64,000 bases of DNA, from the NCBI GenBank assembly GCA_023380755.1, contig JAMCSD010000006.1:316735-380734 (forward strand), written 5' to 3'. The translations under genes were made by a program, and so were the position numbers. The number at the start of each line of letters is the position of its first letter. Position 1 is the first letter of the stretch. Source of the stretch: Patescibacteria group bacterium. GTDB lineage: Bacteria > Patescibacteriota > Microgenomatia > UBA12405. Under the pieces are notes generated by a model. That model was not told the origin of the DNA, did no database searches, and saw only the letters and a program-made list of their open reading frames with translations. This document shows, in pieces, positions 1 through 8,362 of this stretch.

Positions 1-495
1 GGTCCCAAAGGTTCCAAAAAGACCACCGACTTTGGTGTCCAATTACGCGCTAAGCAAAAAGCCAAGCGCATCTATGGCATCCTCGAAAAACAATTCAAAA
101 ATTACTATCTTAAAGCCAAAACCATGAAAGGAAAAGTTGGCGACAACCTGCTCTCCCTCCTTGAAAGGCGTTTAGACAATACTGTTTACGCTTTGGGTTT
201 AGGCCTTTCCCGGTCTCATTCCCGCCAGTTAGTCCTGCATAAATCAGTTTTAGTTAATGGTAAAGTCGTCAACATCCCTTCTTATCAGGTAAAGGTTGGT
301 GATGTTATCACCTTGGGGAGCAAGGCTCAGACAGATAATAACCTTAGCCGTTTCCGTGACAAGGACTATAAGTCGCCCCTGTGGTTAGAGGTTGACAAAA
401 CCAGAATTTCTGGCAAAATTACCGCATTCCCGTCTCGGGATGACGTTACTAATGAAATTAATGAAAATTTAATAATTGAATATTATTCAAGGTAA
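1..495 (+). CDS. rpsD: 30S ribosomal protein S4 (5' end outside window)
   Basis: Frame 1 is open from base 1 (GPKGSKKTTDFGVQLRAKQKAKRIYGILEKQF...) and runs into the listed 124..495 ORF. It has the S4 motif LLERRLDNTVY and is followed by rpoA-rplQ as in the alpha operon. Confidence 0.93.
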   Translation, partial: GPKGSKKTTDFGVQLRAKQKAKRIYGILEKQFKNYYLKAKTMKGKVGDNLLSLLERRLDNTVYALGLGLSRSHSRQLVLHKSVLVNGKVVNIPSYQVKVGDVITLGSKAQTDNNLSRFRDKDYKSPLWLEVDKTRISGKITAFPSRDDVTNEINENLIIEYYSR

Positions 496-509
496 AAAAA
501 AGGAGTCAC

Positions 510-1427
510 ATGCTCGACACGAGTAAGTTTCATGTTAAAACAGTCAAGCAAACCGCTACTTACGGTAAGTTTGAGATGAGTCCCTTAGTTGGCGGATTTG
601 GCCACACCATTGGTAACAGCCTTCGTCGTACTCTTCTAATTACCATTCCAGGCGCGGCCATTACCCGGGTCAAATTTGATGGTGCCAACCACCTGTTTAC
701 TACTCTTCCGGGAATCAAAGAAGATTTAGTTGAAGTTTCTCTTAACCTTAAAAAAGTCCGTTTTACTTACAACCAAAACGAACCTATTAGCTTGGTTCTC
801 GATAAAAAAGGGCCGGGAGTCGTCACCGCCGGTGATATCCAAGATACCACTACCTGCAAAGTAGCAAATCCGGATCAGGTCATTGCTACTTTAGCCGACC
901 ACAAATCCAACCTGCACATCGATCTGACCATCGAAAGGGGAGTGGGTTATTCCATGGCTAAGGAACAAAAAACTGATGTTATCGGTGAAATCATTCTTGA
1001 TGCTACATTCACCCCGGTGACTAAAGTTAATTATCAGGTTGAGCCTACCCGTTTAGGTAAAAAAAGTAATTACGATAAATTAACCGTCGAAATTTGGACT
1101 GATGGCTCAGTGGAACCGTTAACTTCTCTTAAATTAGCTACCAAAGACTTAATTTCCTCCTTATCTCAAATCGCCGATCCTAAGGAATTTGAAGAGGAAG
1201 TTGTCGCTATATCCACCGGTCCTGTTTCTCAAGGCTCCGACATCTCTATTGAGGAAATCGAATTACCTCTCCGGGTAATCAATGCTCTCAAGAAAGCCGG
1301 CTATTACAATATCGAAACTTTGATGAAGGCTGGTCGTTTGGAAGTTAGTAAAGCCAAAAATGTCGGTGAAAAATCACTCAAAATTATAGATTCATGGTTA
1401 AAGGAACGAGGTTTTGCCTGGAAATAA
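510..1427 (+). CDS. rpoA: DNA-directed RNA polymerase alpha subunit
   Basis: 305 aa. The N-terminal domain has GHTIGNSLRRTLL and the C-terminal domain has IEEIELPLRVINALKKAG. It lies between rpsD and rplQ, with an AGGAG RBS upstream. Confidence 0.95.
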   Translation: MLDTSKFHVKTVKQTATYGKFEMSPLVGGFGHTIGNSLRRTLLITIPGAAITRVKFDGANHLFTTLPGIKEDLVEVSLNLKKVRFTYNQNEPISLVLDKKGPGVVTAGDIQDTTTCKVANPDQVIATLADHKSNLHIDLTIERGVGYSMAKEQKTDVIGEIILDATFTPVTKVNYQVEPTRLGKKSNYDKLTVEIWTDGSVEPLTSLKLATKDLISSLSQIADPKEFEEEVVAISTGPVSQGSDISIEEIELPLRVINALKKAGYYNIETLMKAGRLEVSKAKNVGEKSLKIIDSWLKERGFAWK

Positions 1428-1441
1428 GCTCGGTAATTCTT

Positions 1442-1894
1442 ATGCGTCATCGTAATTTTGGTAAAAAACTTGGTCGTAATCATAACCAGCGGCAGGCTTT
1501 ATTTAAAACTCTGGCCCGCCAACTGTTTACTTATGGGGCCCTGGAAACTACGGCGGCTAAATCGGCTGCAGTCCGTCCTTATGTCGACAAATTAGCCCAT
1601 AAAATCCTTCGCCAAGACCTAATCAGTTATCGGGATGTTGATGCCGCTTTCCAAGATCGTCAGCTTGTTAACCAATTAATGACCCAATTCTCGGCTGCTT
1701 TTGCTGGTCACCAAGGTGCTTTCCTCAAGGAAGAAAAAATTAAGCGCCGCCAGGGTGATGATGCTCTCATCGTCAAACTCTCTTTTGTTAAACCCTTCAA
1801 GTTACAGTTAGTCGAATCCAAGAAAACTCCAGAGCCGAAGAAAACTGTCGAAAAAAAACCCAAAACAGTTAAAGAAAAGGAAACTGCTAAATGA
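1442..1894 (+). CDS. rplQ: 50S ribosomal protein L17 with Lys/Glu-rich C-terminal tail
   Basis: The internal ATG at 1442 gives MRHRNFGKKLGRNHNQRQALFKTL, a canonical L17 N-terminus. The listed start at 1394 would overlap rpoA. About 30 extra K/E/P-rich residues sit at the C-terminus. Confidence 0.9.
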   Translation: MRHRNFGKKLGRNHNQRQALFKTLARQLFTYGALETTAAKSAAVRPYVDKLAHKILRQDLISYRDVDAAFQDRQLVNQLMTQFSAAFAGHQGAFLKEEKIKRRQGDDALIVKLSFVKPFKLQLVESKKTPEPKKTVEKKPKTVKEKETAK

Positions 1895-2316
1895 AACCTA
1901 CTACTTTAGTCCAATCAGGTAAAAACATTCAGCGTCAGTGGCATCTGGTTGATGCCAGCTCCGAAACCTTAGGCCGGGTGGCGACCAAAATTGCCGCTCT
2001 GTTAATTGGCAAAGATAAACCTGGTTTTTCTTACCATCTCGACCAGGGCGATTATGTCGTGGCTGTTAATACTGACGAGATCCAATCCACCGGCCGTAAA
2101 CTGCGCCAAAAAATTTATCACTTCCATTCAGCTTATGCTGGCAATATGAAGGAATTTTCCCTTCAGGAAATGCTTCAAAAAGATTCCCGCCAGGTACTCT
2201 ATCACGCTGTCTTGGGCATGATCCCCAAAAACCGTCTTCGTGATCAACGGATGGCCAGGCTGAAACTTTTTCCCACCGCCCAACATAGTTATCAAGATAA
2301 GTTAAAGAAAGAATAA
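1891..2316 (+). CDS. rplM: 50S ribosomal protein L13
   Basis: 141 aa with WHLVDASSETLGRVATKIAALLIGK, typical of L13. The start overlaps the rplQ stop (ATGA). Confidence 0.95.
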   Translation: MKPTTLVQSGKNIQRQWHLVDASSETLGRVATKIAALLIGKDKPGFSYHLDQGDYVVAVNTDEIQSTGRKLRQKIYHFHSAYAGNMKEFSLQEMLQKDSRQVLYHAVLGMIPKNRLRDQRMARLKLFPTAQHSYQDKLKKE

Positions 2317-2317
2317 C

Positions 2318-2731
2318 ATGCCAAAAACTACCGCCAAAAAAGATCATTATACTTTTGCTGTTGGCCGGCGCAAATCCGCTATCGCTACGGTCAAACTTTT
2401 CCCGGGGAAAGGGGAATCTAAAGTCAACAATCAATCGGTTGATAAATATTTTTCGGCTGTCTTTTATCACCAACAATATAACAAGCCCTTTGAGGTTACT
2501 CATACCGCCGATAAGTTCTATTATTCCGCTTCTGTTTCCGGTGGCGGTAAAAACGGCCAAATCGAAGCTTTAACAGTGGCTTTATCCCGGGCTCTAAAAG
2601 AAGCCAGTTCCGAATATACCGCTCCCTTGCGAGCCGCCTCTTTAGTGACCATCGACGCCCGCGTCCGCGAACGCCGCAAAATTGGTACTGGCGGTAAAGC
2701 TCGTCGTGCTAAGCAATCACCAAAGCGTTAA
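2318..2731 (+). CDS. rpsI: 30S ribosomal protein S9
   Basis: 137 aa containing GGGKNGQIEA and a basic C-terminus, ...RRAKQSPKR. It starts 1 nt after rplM. Confidence 0.95.
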   Translation: MPKTTAKKDHYTFAVGRRKSAIATVKLFPGKGESKVNNQSVDKYFSAVFYHQQYNKPFEVTHTADKFYYSASVSGGGKNGQIEALTVALSRALKEASSEYTAPLRAASLVTIDARVRERRKIGTGGKARRAKQSPKR

Positions 2732-2893
2732 TCAGCAATCTCCTAACCTGCGTTCTAGCCTATCTTTAATTAACCTTTGCCAGGTCCGCGAGGCTCGAGT
2801 TAGCATCCTCAGGTGTTTTCTGTCTTCTTTTAATTCTTCGTTTTGGGAGTTCAACCGCTGCAATTTTTCTTTTATGAATTCATCTATTTCCAT
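2732..2893 (-). CDS. small coiled-coil-like hypothetical protein (53 aa, not in ORF track)
   Basis: The minus-strand ATG at 2893 is preceded by AAAGGAGGAT. Translation is MEIDEFIKEKLQRLNSQNEELKEDRKHLRMLTRASRTWQRLIKDRLERRLGDC, ending in TGA at 2732-2734 directly next to the rpsI stop. The overlapping listed plus-strand ORF 2682..2933 has no RBS. Confidence 0.45.
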   Translation of the reverse strand: MEIDEFIKEKLQRLNSQNEELKEDRKHLRMLTRASRTWQRLIKDRLERRLGDC

Positions 2894-2924
2894 ATCCTCC
2901 TTTAGTATACCTCAACTCATAAAT

Positions 2925-2954
2925 TTGAAGTAGTACATATAAATTATGTATAAT
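2925..2954 (+). promoter_or_regulatory. sigma70-like promoter of ppa (leaderless configuration)
   Basis: TTGAAG (2925-2930), an 18-nt spacer, then TATAAT (2949-2954). The ppa ATG is at 2962, 7 nt after the -10 box, with no Shine-Dalgarno sequence. Confidence 0.4.
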
Positions 2955-2961
2955 TCAGCCT

Positions 2962-3492
2962 ATGTATCACGACTTGCCTATCGGGCCGAAAGCCCCCAAA
3001 TTAGTTAATGCGGTAATCGAGATCTCTAAAGGATCTCATAATAAATATGAATTCGATCAAAAATATGGCGTTATCCGTCTCGACCGGGTCCTCCATTCCC
3101 CATTCTTTTATCCCGTTGATTACGGCTATATTCCCGAAACTCACGCCGCTGACGGTGACCACCTGGATATTATGATTTACAACGAATCAGTGCTTATCCC
3201 CGGCTGTCTCGTGACTGCCCGGCCGGTCGGCGTTCTCTTAATGGAAGATGAGAATGGAGAAGATGAAAAAATCTTGGCTGTGGCTCAAAAAAATCCCCTA
3301 CAGCACCATATTCATAACCTCAAAGATATCCCGCCGCATTTCCTAAAAGAAGTTTCTCATTTTTTTACTGAATATAAACGCCTCGAAATCGGCAAGCATG
3401 TTAAGGTCAAATCCTGGAAAGATGTGGAAACTGCTTATAAAGTCATTTCCCGGTCTTACGAGCAGTATAAAAGTAATGATAAGATTACCTAA
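2962..3492 (+). CDS. ppa: inorganic pyrophosphatase (family I)
   Basis: 176 aa. It has KYEFDQKYGVIRLDRVL, YPVDYGYIP and DGDHLDIM, the soluble PPase signature region. Confidence 0.92.
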   Translation: MYHDLPIGPKAPKLVNAVIEISKGSHNKYEFDQKYGVIRLDRVLHSPFFYPVDYGYIPETHAADGDHLDIMIYNESVLIPGCLVTARPVGVLLMEDENGEDEKILAVAQKNPLQHHIHNLKDIPPHFLKEVSHFFTEYKRLEIGKHVKVKSWKDVETAYKVISRSYEQYKSNDKIT

Positions 3493-3503
3493 GGAGGTAA
3501 TTT

Positions 3504-3755
3504 ATGGCCAAAACTAAAGTTGGAGTGGTCACTCACTACTTTGACAAGATTGGCGTTGCTGTTCTAAAAGTCACTCAAGGGACAGTCAGGGTCGGCGATA
3601 CGATTCAAATTGGTGAAGATGAACAGGGCTTTTCCCAAGTCGTCGACTCCATGCAGGTTGATCATGCCAGTGTTTCCACTGCTAAAAAAGGCGACGAGGT
3701 CGGCCTGAAGGTCAGCCAGCCCGCCAAACATCACGAAAACGTCTATAAAGCATAG
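3504..3755 (+). CDS. small beta-barrel protein resembling EF-Tu domain II (elongation-factor-like protein), copy 1
   Basis: 83 aa with a GGAGG RBS. The layout GVAVLKV..G.VRVGDTIQI ... KKGDEVGLKV resembles a translation-factor domain-2 barrel. Confidence 0.6.
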   Translation: MAKTKVGVVTHYFDKIGVAVLKVTQGTVRVGDTIQIGEDEQGFSQVVDSMQVDHASVSTAKKGDEVGLKVSQPAKHHENVYKA

Positions 3756-3806
3756 AACTTTAACTCCTACTAAAATACTGAGATAATTAGTAAGGGAGGT
3801 GATGTG

Positions 3807-4052
3807 ATGGCTGCTAAATTGATCGGCCACATTGTCCGTTACTTAAATCAATACAGTGTTGGACTGGTGGATATTACCGAGGACGAGATTTTAAGTTTAG
3901 GGGATACAGTCGAGATCGGTAATGGTTACACTCAAAAAGTGTCCTATTTAGAGGTTAACCGCCGGGCGGTTAACCAGGCGCGTCGGGGGGATGTGGCTGC
4001 TCTGAAAGTCGACCGCCAAGTCTCCGAAGGTGACATGGTTTATAAACTGTAA
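3807..4052 (+). CDS. small beta-barrel protein resembling EF-Tu domain II, copy 2 (paralog of 3504..3755)
   Basis: 81 aa. A GGGAGGTGA RBS lies 5 nt upstream of the ATG at 3807 (the listed GTG at 3804 is also possible). It shares the layout of copy 1: GDTVEIG ... RRGDVAALKV. Confidence 0.6.
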   Translation: MAAKLIGHIVRYLNQYSVGLVDITEDEILSLGDTVEIGNGYTQKVSYLEVNRRAVNQARRGDVAALKVDRQVSEGDMVYKL

Positions 4053-4061
4053 TCTTATTTG

Positions 4062-4135
4062 TCGGGGATACTGGATTCGAACCAGCAACCTCACGCACCC
4101 CATACGTGCGCGCTAGCCAATTGCGCCAATCCCCG
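4062..4135 (-). tRNA. tRNA-Pro (anticodon GGG)
   Basis: The reverse complement folds as a 74-nt cloverleaf: CGGGGAT/ATCCCCG acceptor, GCGC D-stem, CACGT-ATGGGGT-GCGTG anticodon arm (GGG at 34-36), GCTGG-TTCGAAT-CCAGT T-arm and discriminator A. No CCA is encoded. Confidence 0.9.
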
Positions 4136-4240
4136 AATAAAAAAGGGTGTTTTTAAACACTCGTATTGTACCAATCCGGCCATTCATTTACCAGTTTAAA
4201 TAAAAAATAAATATCTTCGGCTTTTCTTCGGTTTTCCCCC

Positions 4241-4269
4241 TTGACGTAATGGTAGGGAATTGCTTTAAT
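4241..4269 (+). promoter_or_regulatory. sigma70-like promoter upstream of recA
   Basis: TTGACG (4241-4246), a 17-nt spacer, then TTTAAT (4264-4269), about 45 nt upstream of the recA ATG. Confidence 0.4.
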
Positions 4270-4315
4270 AATGTGCACCTCGATTATTTTATTTAAGTGT
4301 GTAAAGGAGTTCTCT

Positions 4316-5431
4316 ATGGGTCGTCCACCGAAAATAGTTACCAATAGTCCTGTCGTTAATCAAAACAATAGTTCCGTTACTTCAAAAAAATTAGAAGCTG
4401 TCAAAATTGCCATGCAGCAAATCACCAAAGCTTATGGTGAAGGCTCCATTATGCGCATGGGCCAGGTCGATCAAACTAAAGGTATCGATGTGGTGGCCAC
4501 TGGCTGTTTACCCCTTGATCTCGCCCTCGGCGTTGGCGGTATTCCCCGCGGCCGAATTACCGAGATCTTTGGGCCGGAAGCCTCAGGGAAAACTACCGTT
4601 TGCTTGCATACCGTTGCCGAAGCCCAAAAAGCCGGCGGCACCGCCGCTTTTATTGACGCGGAGCACGCTCTGGACCCTCAACGGGCGGCTACTATCGGCG
4701 TTAATTTAGATGATTTGCTCATTTCCCAGCCGGATAGCGGTGAACAAGCATTGCAAATCGTGGAAACGTTAGTCCGTTCTAATGCCGTCGACGTCATCGT
4801 CATCGATTCTGTCGCCGCCTTGGTTCCCAAAGCGGAAATCGAAGGCGAAATGGGGGATGCCATGGTTGGTGTCCAGGCCCGGTTAATGTCCCAGGCCTTA
4901 CGTAAATTAACGGGCGCTATCTCCAAATCTAATTGTGCTGTCATCTTTACTAACCAGCTACGCCAAAAGATCGGCATTATGTTTGGCAATCCCGAGACCA
5001 CTCCCGGTGGACTCGCTATGAAATTCTACGCTTCTGTCCGGATCGATGTTCGTAAAATTGCCAATATTAAGACCAGTGCGGGTGATATTATTGGTTCCCA
5101 GCACCGGGCCCGAATCGTCAAAAATAAAATTGCGCCGCCTTTTAAAGAAGCCGAGTTTGACATTATGAATACCGAAGGTATCTCGATTACTGGAGGTTTG
5201 GTCGACTTGGGTGTCCAATACGGGGTTATCTCTAAGTCTGGTTCTTTCTTTAAATATAAAGACGAACCCATTGGCCAAGGCCGGGAAACTGCCAAAGCCT
5301 ACCTTAAAGACCACCCAGTGCTGATGAAGGAAGTTCGGGAAAAAATTTGGGCCAATGCTCACAATCCTGAATTAATCAAAACCCTCCAAGCCGCTGGAGA
5401 TATGGGCAATGCCAACAATAGCGAAGCTTAA
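4316..5431 (+). CDS. recA: recombinase RecA
   Basis: The ATG at 4316 is preceded by AAAGGAG. It has Walker [10 protein letters not shown], plus [11 protein letters not shown] and [10 protein letters not shown]. About 25 N-terminal residues precede the conserved core. Confidence 0.95.
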   Translation: MGRPPKIVTNSPVVNQNNSSVTSKKLEAVKIAMQQITKAYGEGSIMRMGQVDQTKGIDVVATGCLPLDLALGVGGIPRGRITEIFGPEASGKTTVCLHTVAEAQKAGGTAAFIDAEHALDPQRAATIGVNLDDLLISQPDSGEQALQIVETLVRSNAVDVIVIDSVAALVPKAEIEGEMGDAMVGVQARLMSQALRKLTGAISKSNCAVIFTNQLRQKIGIMFGNPETTPGGLAMKFYASVRIDVRKIANIKTSAGDIIGSQHRARIVKNKIAPPFKEAEFDIMNTEGISITGGLVDLGVQYGVISKSGSFFKYKDEPIGQGRETAKAYLKDHPVLMKEVREKIWANAHNPELIKTLQAAGDMGNANNSEA

Positions 5432-6053
5432 ATCCCTCCCCTCGGGCCATTCCTGTTGGGTGGAGTTTTCCAATCAGAAACTATTGCGGCTTCCCTTGGA
5501 CCTGGTGGTTAAAGAACATTTAACCACCGGTCTCCAACTCTCTTTACCCCGTTACCGCCGCTTACTCCGTAAAAGTATCCGTTATCGTTTAAAAGAATAT
5601 GCCCTCAATCAAATTGCCTTATCCCCCAAAACCGAATTCCTCCTCCGGCAAAAGCTCAAACTGTTTTGCCTCAAACACCATCTTCAAGCTTCCCGAACCA
5701 TTGAGTTTGTGGTTAAGATAGTCAAAGGCCATGGTTTTTTGGATAATGAAAAATTTGTCAATCATTATCTGGCTAAATTTCCACGAAAATCATTAGCTAT
5801 GCTCAAGTTTGAACTGGCTGCCAAAGGCGTTCCCCGGCCGGTAATTGATTCCTTGGTTCGGGTGGATCCGGCATCTTCGCGACAAGCTATTTTTGCCATT
5901 TTACGCCGTCGTCACGCCACCTCTCAAAGTCTTGGTGATCTTCGAGAAAAAAACCGTATCCTAAGCGCTATTTTACGAAAAGGTTTTACCCTAGATGAGG
6001 CCAAATCTGCCATTGACGAATACCTTAATTCTGCATATAATAAACTACCCTAA
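5409..6053 (+). CDS. recX: RecX-like regulatory protein
   Basis: 214 aa, overlapping the recA 3' end as is typical for recA-recX. It is a helical-repeat, basic protein. The call rests on position and general similarity only. Confidence 0.6.
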   Translation: MPTIAKLKSLPSGHSCWVEFSNQKLLRLPLDLVVKEHLTTGLQLSLPRYRRLLRKSIRYRLKEYALNQIALSPKTEFLLRQKLKLFCLKHHLQASRTIEFVVKIVKGHGFLDNEKFVNHYLAKFPRKSLAMLKFELAAKGVPRPVIDSLVRVDPASSRQAIFAILRRRHATSQSLGDLREKNRILSAILRKGFTLDEAKSAIDEYLNSAYNKLP

Positions 6054-6173
6054 TTTAACGTTTACTTTATTAATTACATTCTTAAACCCAACGCCAACTA
6101 TGTCACCTACCTTGTCAATTTTCCCGTGTTTTCGAGTTGATTAAGGGCGTCTGGTCAAGAATGAGGAGGTTTT

Positions 6174-7748
6174 ATGTTCAATTTTCTTACTTCAGTTAAG
6201 AGTTTATTTGGCACGTCTCCTGTATCTCTACCTAAAGAGACTAATAATGCTAAAGAATCCGACAATGAATCTGATTCGGTTAAAAATCGGGCTGTTTTTG
6301 TCTCTACTAAAACCAAACCTACGGCTAAAAGCAAACCAGCGGCTCCTGCTATCAAAGCTCCCGTAGTTGATCAGGCGGTCGTCGATCGGGTTCTGGAAAA
6401 CGCTAAAAGAATCGAATCCGAAGCCAAAATTAAAGAAAAAGAAATTTTTCAGCGGTTATCGTCGCTCGATGAAAAAGAACGCTACCTCATCCAAAAAGAA
6501 AAAACTGTTGACCAGATCACAACTGATCTTAAATCAAAGCAAGAATCCATTGAAGAGCTTTATCGCAAGCAATTAGAAAAGCTCGAGCAAATTTCCGGTT
6601 TAGATGTGGAAAAAGCCAAGCAGCTTATTCTCTCCAGCACCGAAAAAAAAATGGCTTCTTGGATCGCCAAAAAGGTGGCTGAAGCCAAAGACTCAATCAA
6701 GCAGCAGGAAGACGAAATTTCCAAGGAAGTTCTCGTGGATGCTATCCGCCATGCCGTGACTGATTATGTGGCTGAATATACCGTCTCTACCATCAGCCTA
6801 GCCGATGAAAAGGTTAAAGGCAAAATTATCGGAAAGGAAGGCCGTAATATCCGTGCCTTCGAAAAGGCTACCGGAGTTGAGCTGGAACTTGACGAAAGTA
6901 ATGATATCCGCATTTCCTCATTTGATTCAGTGCGGCGGGAAGTTGCTCGTATTGCCCTGGAAAAACTGATCAAAGATGGCCGTATCCAACCGATGCGCAT
7001 TGAACAATTAGTGGCCCAAACTAAAAACGAGATGGATAAGATCCTGCTAACCGAAGGTAAACGGATTTGCCAAGAAGTCGGTGTCTTTAATCTGCCAATT
7101 GATCTGATTAAATTTATCGGGAAATACAAATACCGCTTCTCCTATGGCCAAAATTTGGCTCTCCATACTATCGAGGCTACCAAAATTGCCACTAACATCG
7201 CCTACGAATTACGTGCTGATGTTAACACCGTTAAGTTGGGAGCCCTACTTCATGACATCGGCAAAGTGATTACCGATCAAGAGGGAACCCATATTGATTT
7301 AGGAGTTGACCTCTTGCGCCAATACAAAATTTCCGAAAAGGTTATTGCCTGTGTTGCCGAACATCATGAGGGCCAGGAATTCTCTAGTCCCGAGTCAGTT
7401 ATCGTCTACATTGGCGATGCTGCCTCTGGTGCCCGGCCTGGCGCCCGTTACGAAGTCCATGAAGAATACCTGAAACGTATGAAAAACATTGAAGAAATTG
7501 CCAAATCGTTCCCCGGAGTTATCAGTGTCGCTGCTTACCAGGCTGGGCGTGAGGTGATGGTAATCGTGGAACCATCCATAGTAAACGACAACGAACTCAC
7601 GGTCTTAAGCCAAAACATTGCCGAGAAACTCGACGAAGAGGCCAAATGGGCTGGCCAAATAAGAGTCACTTGCGTTCGGGAGTCAAGAAGCAGTAGCATC
7701 ATATTAGGCAGTAAGATCAGTAAAAATGCGGTAAAAGGCACCGCTTAA
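6174..7748 (+). CDS. rny: ribonuclease Y
   Basis: 524 aa with a GAGGAGG RBS. It has a coiled-coil region, a KH motif (GKIIGKEGRNIRAFE) and an HD domain (LLHDIGK, AEHHE). Confidence 0.92.
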   Translation: MFNFLTSVKSLFGTSPVSLPKETNNAKESDNESDSVKNRAVFVSTKTKPTAKSKPAAPAIKAPVVDQAVVDRVLENAKRIESEAKIKEKEIFQRLSSLDEKERYLIQKEKTVDQITTDLKSKQESIEELYRKQLEKLEQISGLDVEKAKQLILSSTEKKMASWIAKKVAEAKDSIKQQEDEISKEVLVDAIRHAVTDYVAEYTVSTISLADEKVKGKIIGKEGRNIRAFEKATGVELELDESNDIRISSFDSVRREVARIALEKLIKDGRIQPMRIEQLVAQTKNEMDKILLTEGKRICQEVGVFNLPIDLIKFIGKYKYRFSYGQNLALHTIEATKIATNIAYELRADVNTVKLGALLHDIGKVITDQEGTHIDLGVDLLRQYKISEKVIACVAEHHEGQEFSSPESVIVYIGDAASGARPGARYEVHEEYLKRMKNIEEIAKSFPGVISVAAYQAGREVMVIVEPSIVNDNELTVLSQNIAEKLDEEAKWAGQIRVTCVRESRSSSIILGSKISKNAVKGTA

Positions 7749-7809
7749 TGCTTGCTAATGCCGTTTTTTCCACTAGAATAAAAAGTGAATTATAAATTTA
7801 GTCAAATGT

Positions 7810-8082
7810 ATGACCAAAAAAGATCTCATCGAAGTTGTAGCTCAAAAAGCTAAACTCAGCAAAAAAGCAGCCAAGGGTGCTGTTGAAACCTTTTTAAATG
7901 AAATCATGAAATCCCTTTCAGGTGGCGAAGTCGTGAAGCTATCCGGTTTCGGAACCTTCAAGACCAAAATGTTTAAGGGTAAGACCATCAAAGCCATCGG
8001 TTCTAAGGAAGCCAAGAAAATCGTTGCCCGCCGCATGCCCCGCTATATTCCCGGTACCAAGATCAAGAAAATGGTCAAGTAA
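7810..8082 (+). CDS. hup: HU-family DNA-binding protein
   Basis: 90 aa. It has MTKKDLIEVVAQKAKLSKKAAKGAVETFLNEI, GFGTF and an RMPRYIPG arm. Confidence 0.9.
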   Translation: MTKKDLIEVVAQKAKLSKKAAKGAVETFLNEIMKSLSGGEVVKLSGFGTFKTKMFKGKTIKAIGSKEAKKIVARRMPRYIPGTKIKKMVK

Positions 8083-8103
8083 TTCCAGTTTATTGTCTAG
8101 GTG

Positions 8104-8130
8104 AAACTCCTCCGTCTCGGAGGAGTTTTT
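8104..8130 (+). terminator. intrinsic terminator after hup
   Basis: AAACTCCTCCG / CGGAGGAGTTT form a perfect inverted repeat, followed by a T-run. Confidence 0.75.
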
Positions 8131-8223
8131 GGTTTTATATCCAGAGTGAAATATATCATAGTACATAACTTCTCTATCCCATACAATAAAGATACCTAAT
8201 TGTTCAATTCGGGAGGTGAAGAA

Positions 8224-8343
8224 GATGAGGAAAAAGCCCCTCTTAGTCAAAAAGGACAAAGACTCCGATATCCCGAAGATTGTGATTATCAGGTATAACG
8301 GTGGTAACGGTAACCACTCCGATGGCAGCGAATCTCGGGAATA
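8224..8343 (+). CDS. hypothetical micro-protein (39 aa, not in ORF track)
   Basis: A GGGAGGTGA RBS (8211-8219) lies 4 nt before the ATG. Translation is MRKKPLLVKKDKDSDIPKIVIIRYNGGNGNHSDGSESRE. The RBS context matches other strong-SD genes in this window. Confidence 0.4.
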
Positions 8344-8362
8344 GGAATGATAAAATACCTTC

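Noticed and set aside
2066-2560. 164-aa minus-strand ORF
   Set aside because: It lies entirely antisense to the well-supported rplM and rpsI genes. It has no RBS, and its composition is typical of an antisense shadow ORF.
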